From Eledone cirrhosa (lineage: Eukaryota): DNA of 64,000 nucleotides. The stretch is taken from assembly GCA_964016885.1 (NCBI GenBank), contig OZ024740.1:351664001-351728000 (forward strand), in the 5' to 3' direction. Positions 27,617 through 41,800 of this stretch are shown in pieces. Below the pieces are notes generated by a model. That model did no database searches and had not been told where the DNA came from. It worked only from the letters and a program-made list of their open reading frames with translations. Made by a program: the position numbers and the translations under genes. Positions within the stretch are counted from its first letter, which is position 1. Every line of letters begins with the position of its first letter.

Positions 27617-30600
27617 AGTAACCTGAATTTGCTAGGGCATTATTGTAGTACTCCGCATGTTCATTAAATGTTCCTATGTCCACACTCTCTAAGGACATAG
27701 GAACATTTAATGAACATGCGGAGTACTACAATAATGCCCTAGCAAATTCAGGTTACTCTAGTAAAATACATTATAATAATAGTAACCTTAGAAAGTCTCC
27801 GCTTACTTTTAACAATAATAACATAATATCACATAACATGGCCATGAATGGGAGTAGCAAATATAGTAACCGTAAAAATTATATATAGGTGTATCCGAAC
27901 CCATCCATAAGTTAACCCACCGGACTCGTAATAGCAAATATAATACCTCTAGGAAACAAGTTGAACCCCCTGTGCGCTCACACATTGGTGATGGTTTTGC
28001 TGGATCTTATTCTAATAATGTTGCTCCTACTGATCCTATCATTGGCCCTAATCCTTTTGAAGGGATTCCGGACAGCAACAGATCTACTGGAGGTAGAAAC
28101 TATAATAGACATAACGAAATTATGGCTGATTTTATGAATGTGGCTTTAACTAATCCTTGTAGTAACCCTAGTCTCGATGGTGGGACATTTGATAAAGGTA
28201 GGGTCGGTAAGAATAAAAATAGAAGGCGATTAAATACTTATTTTAACCCGCCATATAATCAGGATGTATCAACTAATATCCCTAGGTCTTTCTTCACTAT
28301 CTTAGAGAAAAATTTCCCCCCTTCTCATAAATACCATAGTATTTTTAATAAAAATGTTATTAAACTCTCATTCTCTACCACCCCTAATATTAGTTCTCAT
28401 TTAGCTAGCACTAATAATAGGAAAATTAGGGATGGATTCTCCTCTCTACATACTACTAGTCTGAACAGATCTGACAATGCTTTACCACCAGAACAGTCCT
28501 TATCTAATAGTAATCCTACGTGTAATACATCACCTCTCGTGCCAACCAATAACACCCGGAAGTGCAATTGTAGAGTGAGTGCTAACTGCCCTTTAAACGG
28601 TAACTGCCTTTCTAAGAACATTGTCTACGCTTGCGAAGTTATAACTAATTCCTCTAATAGAACTTATATAGGATCTACATCAAACACTTTTAAGACTAGG
28701 TTTAACTCTCATATCTCTAACTTCAAACATGTTAAGTTTAAGAATTCTACTTCTTTAGCACATTATATCTGGGATCTTAAGGGAGCTTATATACCATATA
28801 GCCTTAACTGGCGTTTAGTAGCACGCTCTAACCACCTTTCTACACATACTAAGTTTTGTAATCTCTGTATCCTTGAGACACACTCTATAATTTTCTCTAG
28901 CGTATCCTTACTTAATAGAAAGTCTGAGATATTCTCTTCTTGCCCCCACGCTATTTCTAATTCTTACTTTTATTATAAACCCAAACGTTCTAGTAGTACA
29001 AATTGTACCCATTAGCAGATATATTCCATTACTTATTTTTTAGTTTAGGTTCTTTTGTTTGCCAACATTATTATTATCATCATTATTATCATTGGTTTTT
29101 GATGACTCTTTATTCTAGCTCTCATAATCATTTGGCTACTGTACCATATCTGTCTTCTTACGCATTAAATTTTCACTATTACACCTTGTGAATATATATA
29201 AGATTACATACTTTACGCTATTTACTTTATTTTATTATTATCTTCATTTTTATTTTTATTTTTAATTTTATTTTAAATTTTTATTTTTAATTTAATTTTT
29301 ATTTTTATTCAGATTCATCTTTGGATACCCCCCTCCCCTCCCCCCCCATGCGCACATAAACTTATTGTCAACCCCTCCATATTGACTATGATTATATTTA
29401 ACCCCCCCCTCTCTTACGCTCCGTTCTATTATTTATTATAGTATATCGACTATATTTTATGCCCCTTTGCATCCTCCATATATTTCTTCAATTCTGTCCC
29501 CATTAGCCTACCTTAATTCTACTTAAGTCAGTTTTTTAGATATCGTTATGTATATGATAGTAAAAAAATTTCATTCCTTTTTGTAAACATTTATAACGAA
29601 ACATTGAAGTTTATAAACTTTAATGACTTAAACTATAGCTAATATTATACTACCTTATTGGATAGTTTAAATATTTTTAATATTAATTTATCAAATAGGG
29701 TTTTCAAGTCATTTACAGGGATTGCTTTCCTTAGTTTTTACTTAACTACTTAACCGCATGTGAGACCTAAATGTATATGTTTGTTTTTGTTTTGTAATTT
29801 CCGGTTGATTATATTTATTTATTTACTTTATTCTATATTTTATATTCTATATTTTATTTGAAATACTACTGGGCATTATATTTACTATTTACTATTCACT
29901 GTCTGGCACTTACACATCCACATATGTCTGTCTACTAACCTTGTAATTATAAGTAATTATATATTATATTATGTCAATTTATTTTATATAATATATTATA
30001 TTATATTGTATTGTAATATTGATCCTTATTACTTACTGTTCATTGTATGTAACATTATGATATTTAAACTTTATATATCATGTAAGATGTTTGTATTTTT
30101 CTGTACCATCACAATGTTTTTTGAGTATTGTATAATTTATTTTTCCTCATTTACTCTGTAACCCAATATGAATCGATTTGTTAATATATTATTATTATAT
30201 TATTATTGTGACATCTATATTGTTTGTGTAAATTAACCGGGGATCATCTATTATATTGAATTATATAATTGTATTGTTTATTATTTATTATATGTGTTTC
30301 TTGTAATTATATCATATTATTACCTCATGTATATTGGGTAGATGTATTGGTATTATTATTATTATTATTATTTTCACTCTTATCATGCTTATTTTTATAT
30401 TGAAACTCCTAATAAGGTTTAATTTGTGTAGTTGAAGATAGATGTGCGTATTGTTGTATGTGTGTGCGTGTGTGTGCGTGTGCGCACATATATACATGTG
30501 CATATTGTACCTTTTGATTTTTATTGTAATTTTAATGTTGGTAAAGGTATATTATTATAATGTATATTATATTATATTACATTGTGTTATATATAATTCC

Positions 30601-31003
30601 TGCTCTATATAACCACCTTCGTTTAGCTCTAGGTTATTTGCTTTGGACTATATTTGTAATATGGTTCTTAATGTTATATACATCCTTAGTTATTCTTATT
30701 ATATATTTTTATTATTTTTATTATATATTTTTGCAAGACTTTAGTGTATGTACACTCCATATTCTTCGGAGCTTCCGGCTTGTATCTGCCGATATTACTT
30801 CTTGTTTTTTTGATTGCCCTGATGAGTCCTTAATAGGACGAAACATTGTCGGCTAATAGAAACTTTTGATGTATTAAAGGCTTCTTTGTTTTACTCTCTT
30901 AATTTTTCGGCTCTGTTTAACTGCATTGAGCTATACCTTTTACTGTCATTTCTATAATACGAAGAGGGTGTTTAACTCCAACACGCTCCAGTATTTTAAT
31001 CCT
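27617..31003 (+). mobile_element. 5'-truncated Penelope-like element, Naiad-type (RT thumb, GIY-YIG, long 3' region with HHR)
   Basis: ORF 27972-29015 has FNPPY, CNCRxxxNCPLNGNC, IVY...TYIGST and CNLC; frameshifted upstream part from 27693; perfect 65-bp inverted 5' end; ends at (TA)n. Clade assigned from motif recall. Confidence 0.85.
30813..30857 (+). ncRNA. Minimal type I hammerhead ribozyme
   Basis: GCC-CTGATGA-GTCCT(TAAT)AGGAC-GAAA-CATTG-TC-GGC; predicted cleavage after 30850. Confidence 0.9.
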
Positions 31004-31165
31004 TATATATATATATATATATATATATGTATGCATATATATATGTATGCAAATATATATAAGTATATATATATATATATATTATTTTGCCTCAAGTGGA
31101 AAAACTCCCGTCCAAACCCATGCAAGCGTGGAACACGGACGTTAAACGATGATGATGATGATGAT

Positions 31166-32450
<1,285 letters not shown>

Positions 32451-32459
32451 AAAAAGTTT

Positions 32460-32561
32460 GTCCTTCATCAGTGATCTTCCAACCATCATAGGCATTTCAT
32501 CGCTTTAAAGACCATATACCTCCGGTTGGTGCGAGCAACGGCTAAAAAAAGTTGTTGGGAC
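32460..32561 (-). ncRNA. Non-circularly permuted (pseudoknotted) hammerhead-like ribozyme, copy 1
   Basis: Reverse complement of the motif in copies 2 and 3; predicted cleavage between 32515 and 32514. Confidence 0.7.
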
Positions 32562-32916
32562 ACGTAAATAAAGGGGACGCGAGGGTAAACAAACAAAATG
32601 GTGAGGCAACAGAAAGTGAGGAAGAAGGAGACAAGTCCCAGATTTCTATGAATTTAAGTTCGGTGAAATCGTGAACGAGAGAATAAAGACCATCAAACTT
32701 GGTTGAAATGTGAGCAAGGAAGGAATTTCGCACAGGTCTAACGGGAGGAAGAAGGGGTCTGGTCTGCGAATTCGGTAAACATAAGTTCTGTGAAATCGTA
32801 GACGAGAGAGAAAAAATTCCGACCAGCTTGGCCGAGAATGTGAGAGAAAAGAGTTACTCCCTTTCTGCTGCTTAAACCATTTTGTTTGTTTACCCTCGCG
32901 TCCCCTTTATTTACGT

Positions 32917-33018
32917 GTCCCAACAACTTTTTTTAGCCGTTGCTCACACCAACCGGAGGTATATGGTCTTTAAAGCGATGAAATGCCTATGATGGTTGGA
33001 AGATCACTGATGAAGGAC
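32917..33018 (+). ncRNA. Non-circularly permuted hammerhead-like ribozyme, copy 2
   Basis: AGGTA-TA-TGGTCTT ... GAAA-TGCCT ... AAGATCA-CTGATGA; stem III AGGTAT/ATGCCT, stem I TGGTCTT/AAGATCA; predicted cleavage after 32963. Confidence 0.7.
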
Positions 33019-33513
33019 AAACTTTTTTCATATGTAACCCATTTGCAACTCCGCAGCGCCCTTATTTTCATATTTACACATATTTTTTCCTCTGCTGCTA
33101 CACCGTCTTTTTCGTTCTATGTATCTTTACCCTTTCTAGCAGTCTCTCTCTCTGTTAGCCTCTTCCTCACCCTTCACTCACTCATTCTCTGTCACTACCT
33201 CTCCTCCTCCTCTTTCTTCCCGTTTGACCTGTGAGTAATTCTTTTCTCTCACATTCTCGGCCAAGCTGGTCGGAATTTTTTCTCTCTCGTCTACGATTTC
33301 ACAGAACTTATGTTTACCGAATTCGCAGACCAGACCCCTTCTTCCTCCCGTTAGACCTGTGCGAAATTCCTTCCTTGCTCACATTTCAACCAGGTTTGAT
33401 GGTCTTTATTCTCTCATTCACGATTTCACCGAACTTAAATTCATAGAAATCTGGGACTTGTCTCCTTCTTCCTCACTTTCTGTTGCCTCACCATTTTGTT
33501 TGTTTACCCTCGC

Positions 33514-33615
33514 GTCCCCACGACTTATTTTAGCCGTTGCTCGCACCAACCGGAGGTATATGGTCTTTAAAGCGATGAAATGCCTATGATAGTTGGAAGA
33601 TCACTGATGAAGGAC
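33514..33615 (+). ncRNA. Non-circularly permuted hammerhead-like ribozyme, copy 3
   Basis: Same core; predicted cleavage after 33560, 597 nt from the copy 2 site. Confidence 0.7.
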
Positions 33616-33666
33616 AAACTTTTTTCATATGTAACCCATTTGCAACTCTGCAGCGCCCTTATTATC

Positions 33667-33703
<37 letters not shown>

Positions 33704-33761
33704 TACACATATATATATATATGCATATATATATATATATATGAATATATATATATATATA

Positions 33762-33811
<50 letters not shown>

Positions 33812-34034
33812 TATATATATATATATATAATGTAGGAGATGAGTTTTATTGTAGTACAATAAAGCAATGCAGATATCGGATAAGAAGCACTCTCCAGTTT
33901 GTAGGACTGGAGTATTTATTGCTATCATACCATGAGTTTATTCTATTAGCCTTGTTCCTAGTTCTTTCTATTCTATTCCAAAATTTGCTCCTATACTGGA
34001 GTTCTTCTATATTATACATATATATATATATATG

Positions 34035-34072
<38 letters not shown>

Positions 34073-34114
34073 TATATATATATATATATATATATGCATA
34101 TATATATATATATA

Positions 34115-34208
<94 letters not shown>

Positions 34209-34462
34209 TATATATATATATATATATATATATGCATATATATATATATATATATATGCATATATATATATATATATATATGCATATATATATATGCATA
34301 TATATATATATATATATATATGCATATATATATATATATATATATGCATATATATATATATATATATATGCATATATATATATATATATATATATGCATA
34401 TATATATATATATATATATGCATATATATATATATATATATATATGCATATATATATATATA

Positions 34463-34526
<64 letters not shown>

Positions 34527-34706
34527 TATATATATATATGCATATATATATATATGCATATATATATATATGCATATATATATATATGCATATATATATA
34601 TATGCATATATATATATATATATATATGCATATATATATATATATATATATGCATATATATATATATGCATATATATATGCATATATATATATATATATA
34701 TATATA

Positions 34707-34850
<144 letters not shown>

Positions 34851-34862
34851 TATATATATATA

Positions 34863-37028
34863 TTGTTATACTTTGGGAGCTCATGTTGCCAATAAGAAAC
34901 ACACGCACCAGTTGCTTTCACTTCAATTTATTATAATAAATTTATAAATTTCTGGTTGGTTGGTTGGTTCCACAACCAGATAGTTGTTTATATATTGTCA
35001 TAGTTCTTTCGTCACACACTCTGTGACCTCTTCAGTGACTGGGGATTCTTTTCTTTGTTTTTGTGCCTCTCCTTTGTTCTGTCCTACGCCATTTTGTTTC
35101 TGTGTGTGTGTTGTGTGCTCAGTCTGCGCCTGCGCCACATCCGGGTGTCTGTGTGTGTTTATGTTCATTTATTTATTTGTTTATTTAGATGTTACTGGTT
35201 GGTTGTTTGTTCTATGTGTGTGTGTGTTTTCATTTTGTCCTTAATTGCAAGTTGTGATGTTGCTGTTCCACTCATATTTTCTATTTAATTTTGGTTGTAA
35301 TTCTTTTATGTTTATTGCCTCTGTGATTTGTCTAAACATTGCGTCTTTTCTGTGTGTAGATTCTATTTTTATTCCTATGTTCTCTAATTTACCCTTGTGT
35401 TCTATTTTAGTATGTTGGTAGAGTACAGATGATTCTTTACTATCTTGAAGGTCTCGCCAGTGTTCATTTATCCGTTCCCCTACACTACGAGCTGTCTCAC
35501 CTATGTACACTATATTTTTGTCTCTACATTGTCCTTCAGTACATCTTATGCTATACACTACATTTCTAGTTTTACAGTTAATATGGGGGCTTATTTTACA
35601 GGTTATACATTTCTTATCTATACATGAGGGTCTTTGAAAAGGGTATGTCTTGCTAATAAGTGTTTTTACGGAGGTACCTGGTCTTTCTACTATCTTAATA
35701 TTGAGTTTATGTTTATTTAGGGTCCTTCTAAATTTGTAAGCTAGTTCACCTCTAGGGGTTGTATCGATGAACATTACACTCTGGTATTTATTGCTATCAT
35801 ACCATGAGTTTATTCTATTAGCCTTGTTCCTAGTTCTTTCTATTCTATTCCAAAATTTGCTCCTATACAAGGGGCAGGTCCCATTTATGTCATTATTTAC
35901 CATTTTTTCCCATTTGGTTCTGGCTCCTCTATACACTCTGATTTTATCTCTCTGATTGTAGCCAGAGAACTGCATACGGTGGATGAAGTGTTGTATGTGT
36001 CTCTCTAGTTCTTCGGGGTTGCACATGCGGGACACGTTTCTCATCACCCGTACCAAATCCGCAATCAGTATGTTGATTTTGGTATAGTCCGAAAGGGCCG
36101 AGTTTCGGTGGATCAGATGTTTGGAAGTCATGGGTTTGGCATAATGGGAATGGAGGATTTGTTTTTGGTTATTAATGGTATCTAACCAGAGCTCTGTGTC
36201 TAGTACAGGTAATTGATGGTTGGGGTGTTTACTTGGGTAGTCTATAGTAACTCTAATACTCTGGTGGATGGAGTTAGCTATTTGCTGGATGCTTTCCATT
36301 GTGTTTTTCTCTAGTTCCTGACTGTTCTCTAGTGGGGGTGTCTTAACTACGATGTTTATATCATCAACGTAGCGGGAGTACATTATCAGGGTTAAGGGGT
36401 CTTCTAATTGTTCTTTAAGTTTAAGTCTACTGTCCCACCATACCATGAATAAGTTAGCTATGTCGCCTGCAATGCTAACACCAATGGCTGCTCCTTCCTC
36501 TTGGGCATATGTTTTTCCATTAAATTTGAACATATGTTTCTTAAGGGTTAGTTTTATGCTGGCCCCTACCGCATGTGCAATCATTTTCTTCAGTTCATCG
36601 TGGTTTTCGGGTGTCCATATGGCTCTGGTCCACCCGTTCCATCTATCTGTGTGGGTTTTCTTGGCCATTGAGGTAATGGTAGGTGGTCTGCCTCTTGCTG
36701 GTCTTGTAGGGCACAGGTTGCTAAGGTCATATGTGTCTAGGTAATTATTACTATAGGTAAGTTTAAGTAGGAGTCCCAGCTCACTGGTATCAATCCCATG
36801 GAACTCAACATTGCTCTCACTGATCATTTCTACGCATTTCTCCACAGCAAAATCCACGTCAATAGATGGATACAGGGACACAACATCCATACTACCTATT
36901 ATGCAGTTTGTTAGGTCCCTAGATCGGTTACTCTCGCCGATTCTGCTGAGGAGGTCCTCCGTGCTGTCACATACATCTGGGGACATTTCAATGATGGCGC
37001 GTATGATCAGGGAGAGGAAGTAGGACAG
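34863..37028 (-). mobile_element. Penelope-like element, 5'-truncated, intact RT plus GIY-YIG ORF (35241-36986) and 3' pseudo-LTR
   Basis: GSMDVVSLYPSI, GAAIG, YSRYVDD, LPVLD, Cys-rich linker, VVYSIRC...VYIGETARS...RINEH; 581 aa uninterrupted; ends at (TA)n. Clade uncertain (possibly Nematis). Confidence 0.95.
34997..35039 (-). ncRNA. Minimal type I hammerhead in the PLE 3' region
   Basis: Minus strand GTCA-CTGAAGA-GGTCAC(AGAGTGT)GTGAC-GAAA-GAAC-TA-TGAC. Confidence 0.8.
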
Positions 37029-37033
37029 TCTGT

Positions 37034-38146
37034 CCTACCAATATTAAGAATGCCATAGTTAGTAATATTGGAAAAAGAATATCTAACCTATCTTCTAATA
37101 AAAACATCTTTGATGCTAATGCCAATTACTATAATAACGCTCTTTCTAAAGCCGGCTATCCTGATAAAATCAAATATAATAAAGAAACAAATTCTAGAAG
37201 ATCTTACAGTAGAATAATTAATCATGATCATTCCAATAACTTTAATAAAAGACCTAGATACAAAAACATAATCTGGTATAATGCTCCTTTCTCCATCTCT
37301 ATTAATAATAATATTCCTAAATTATTCTTTAGTGCCTTAAATAAATGCTTCCCTCCCTCACATATCTATAGTAAAATATTTAACAAACACACTATAAAAT
37401 TTTCCTATTCAACATCCTCCAACATTTCCAACATTATCTCTAAACACAACAATAAAATACTAAATACTAAATCTCTTCCTTCCAACACTGAATATCATAA
37501 TAATAGTAATAGTACTCCCGACGTCATTGTAAACCCTAGGCTAATTTCTGCAAACCCAAATACAACGTCAAACACAACTTCGTTAAATGTTCTTAATCCC
37601 ATTCTAAATCAAGAAACTATTATTCCTATCGCCAATAACTTCTCCAATCCAATTCCTTCTATAGATAACACTAGGTCACTCGTTAATAATCTCTCTAATC
37701 GCAATTGCAATTGCCCTGTTAAAAATAAATGTCCTCTCAACAACCATTGTCTTGATAAAAACTTAATCTACGAATGTAAAGTTATAACTGACACCAATTC
37801 CTTCACCTATTTTGGCTCCACTTCCACCTCCTTTAAAGCTCGTCTTTATAATCATCATTCGTCTTTTAAATACCAACTTAAAAGAACCAACACGGCTCTC
37901 TCAGAACTCATATGGTCCTTGAAAGACAAAAATATTAAATATAACATCTCTTGGAAAAAGGTTTCCTCTGCTTCTACACACTTGAACAGTTCTCTATCTA
38001 AGACTTGCAATCTCTGTCTAAATGAAAAATTTACCATTATTTCTAATATATGTTTTCTATCTGCTTGCATAAATTCCACAGAACTTTCCATAAAGTATAC
38101 AGCTAATATGATAAACTTTATCAATTCAGAATCCTTTTCTCAAAGG

Positions 38147-38199
<53 letters not shown>

Positions 38200-39238
38200 T
38201 TCTTTAAAAATATACCCATCTTTCTACCTTATTTCAAATTATTTATTATATCTATTATATTCTACATCACTCCTAATTTCTAACCCCTAATCTGTACCTT
38301 TTCTCACTGTGCCTAGCATAGAAACAATTATTACACAATACACCATATTCTTACTTCATATCACCTTGAAAAAATCCTTCGTAAACAAACATTTTTTGAC
38401 GTTAGATTATTCATCCTCTATTCATTATTTTTTTCTCCCTTTCATCTAACTTATTCATGCTCATCTCACAATATATCCTTACTTACATTACTTCTGTTTT
38501 TTTAATAATACATATCAACATTTTCTTTCCATCGCACATATTATTAAACCCTTAAATATTATTCTTAATACATATTAACATTTTCTTTCCATCGCACATA
38601 TTATTAAACCCTTAAATATTATTCTTAATACATATTAACAATTTCTTTTCATCGCACATATTATTAAACCCTTCAATATACAAACCTTAACTTTACATTA
38701 TTTTTCTCTTCGTTAATTTTCAAATTCTTTTACTTTATACATTATCATCCAACAGTTTTTTCAACCTCTCTATGTAAAACAATATATTTTTCTCAGTTAT
38801 AAAAGCTATCTCTCTCTCTCTATCACCCATCTCTCCTCCTATCTCATCCTTCCTCACTATACTCCTCCCCCTCCACTTTTTACTCTCATCTCCTCCTCTT
38901 TTTCATCCTTTCCACCCCCACCTCCTCAACATTTTTTTTTCTTTTTTTCCCAATATCACACATCAATCTAAAACTACTTTTCATATGTTGATTTAAAACT
39001 GCACTATCCACAAGTGTTTTTTAACCTTCATATCATGTCCTATTTTATCTGATGAAAACACAAATGTTATTGCATGATGATATTTGTTTTTGAAATGCGC
39101 ATAATAAAATACATGGAACTCATTTAACCATCTTTTGATCTTATATATTATGTATACTCCAGTCCTACAAACTGTAGAGTGCTTCTTATCCGATATCTGC
39201 ATTGTTTATTGTACTACAATAAAACTCACCTCCTACAT
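37034..39238 (+). mobile_element. Second 5'-truncated Naiad-type PLE (different family)
   Basis: Frame open from 37034 with no start codon until 37919: YYNNALSKAGY, WYNAPF, CNCPVKNKCPLNNHC, LIY...TYFGST, CNLCLNEK; interrupted by (TA)n near 38150; long 3' region with 60-bp tandem repeat and HHR. Confidence 0.85.
39034..39115 (+). ncRNA. Type I hammerhead with long stem II and palindromic stem III
   Basis: TATTTTAT-CTGATGA-[AAACACAAATGTTATT/GATGATATTTGTTTTT]-GAAA-TGCGCA-TA-ATAAAATA; predicted cleavage after 39103. Confidence 0.85.
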
Positions 39239-39857
39239 ATATATCATCATCAACGTTTAACGTCCGTGTTCCACGCTTGCATGGGTTTGGACGGGGGTTT
39301 TCCCACTTGAGGCAAGAGTGATTGTCTTGCTCGCATAGGACTGTCTGGCAGGTTTTCTACAGTTGGATGCACTTCCTAACACCAACCACATTTACAGTGT
39401 CGGTCTGGGAGGTTTTTACCGTGTTGCCTACACGGCCACATTACAGCGTGGACTGTGTGTTTTTTTGTCGTGACACCTACACGATCTCATTTGTTTCAGC
39501 CTGGATGGTGTGGCACCAACATAACTTTACATAGAAGGGGGGTGGGGTGGTGGGACGGGGGTGTATTTATATATATATATATATATATATGCATACATAT
39601 ATATATACATACATATATATATACATATATATATATATATGCATACATACATATACATACATATATATATACATATATGTATATATATATGCATACATAT
39701 ATATATACATACATATACATACATATATATATACATATATGTATATATACATATATACATACATATATATACATATATACATATATACATATATATACAT
39801 ATATATATACATATATACATATATACATATATATATATATATAGATATATATATATG

Positions 39858-39889
<32 letters not shown>

Positions 39890-39939
39890 CATATATATAC
39901 ATATATACATATATATATATATATAGATATATATATATG

Positions 39940-39971
<32 letters not shown>

Positions 39972-40160
39972 CATATATATATATACATATATATATACAT
40001 ACATATATATATATACATACATATATATATATATACATACATATACATATATATATATACATATATATATATACATATATATATACATACATATATATAT
40101 ATACATACATATATATATATATATATATACATACATATATATATATACATACATACATAC

Positions 40161-40223
<63 letters not shown>

Positions 40224-40279
40224 TGCATACATATATATATATATATCTATACACATATATATACATATTCATATATATA

Positions 40280-40310
<31 letters not shown>

Positions 40311-40447
40311 CAAATATATATACACATCATCATCATCAACGTTTAACGTCCGTGTTCCACGCTTGCATGGGTTTGGACGGGGGTATTCCCACTTGAGGCA
40401 AGAGTGATTGTCTTGCTCGCATAGGACTGTCTGGCAGGTTTTCTACA

Positions 40448-40559
<112 letters not shown>

Positions 40560-40622
40560 AATATATATACACATATATATATATATATATATACATACAT
40601 ATATACATATATTTATATACAA

Positions 40623-40668
<46 letters not shown>

Positions 40669-40800
40669 ATATATATATATACATATATCATCATCATCAT
40701 CATCATCAACGTTTAACATCCGTGTTCCACGCTTGCATGGGTTTGGACGGGGGTAGTCCCACTTGAGGCAAGAGTGATTGTCTTGCTCGCATATATACAA

Positions 40801-40845
<45 letters not shown>

Positions 40846-40854
40846 CATATATAC

Positions 40855-40941
<87 letters not shown>

Positions 40942-41127
40942 CATATATACATATATATATATATACATATATATACATATATACATATATATATATATAC
41001 ATATATATACATATATATACATATATATATATATATACATATATATACATATATATATATATACATATATATACATATATATACATATATACATATATAT
41101 ATATATATACAAATATATATACACACA

Positions 41128-41159
<32 letters not shown>

Positions 41160-41175
41160 CAAATATATATACACA

Positions 41176-41209
<34 letters not shown>

Positions 41210-41264
41210 CAAATATATATACACATATATATATATATATACATATATATACATATATATATAC

Positions 41265-41321
<57 letters not shown>

Positions 41322-41404
41322 CATATATATATACATAAATATATACATATACATATATATATACATAAATATATACATATATATATACATACATACATAT
41401 ATAT

Positions 41405-41443
<39 letters not shown>

Positions 41444-41456
41444 CATATATATAAAT

Positions 41457-41800
41457 GGAGGCACATGGCTTAGTGGTTAGAGCATTGGCCTTGCAATCGA
41501 AAGGTTATGAGTTCAATTCTCAGACCGGGTGATGTGTTGTTTCCTTGAGCAAGACACTTTATTTCACATTGCTCCAGTTTACTCAGCTGTAGAAATGAGA
41601 TGATAGGGACTGGGGTCCCTATCATTCCACTGCAAAGTGGTCGTGGAGGTGCCACGGCAAAAAAGCACCCAGCACTCACTGTAAATGAGGTTGGTGTTAG
41701 GAAGGGCATCCAGCTGTAGAAATCAAGCCAGAATCAGTTCCCGTCCCACCCTTGCAAGCAGGGAAAAGGCGGACATAAAATGAAAATGAAATGAAATGAA
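41457..41800 (+). mobile_element. Full-length tRNA-derived SINE with RTE-like tail (second copy 4328-4709, minus strand)
   Basis: A box TGGCTTAGTGG, B-box-like GAGTTCAATTC, (AAATG)n tail. Confidence 0.85.

Larger units (their letters stand above)
32451..33666 (+). mobile_element. Non-coding retrozyme/pLTR-like element: inverted arm plus direct partial tandem with 597-nt period
   Basis: 32451-32859 is the reverse complement of about 33233-33624; 32877-33066 is repeated at 33491-33663; flanked by (TA)n; no credible ORF. Confidence 0.8.

Noticed and set aside
27972-29015. Selenoprotein-type recoding reported for some Naiad PLEs
   Set aside because: No in-frame TGA at Cys positions and no convincing SECIS seen
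32985-33016. SECIS or box C/D reading of ATGATG...CTGATGA
   Set aside because: Helix too short for SECIS, no UGA-containing ORF nearby, and covariation favours the hammerhead pairing
38505-38672. 60-bp tandem repeat as a CRISPR-like array
   Set aside because: No spacers; simple tandem duplication in a PLE 3' region of a eukaryote
41457-41530. tRNA gene
   Set aside because: tRNA-like head continues into a SINE body that has another copy at 4328-4709
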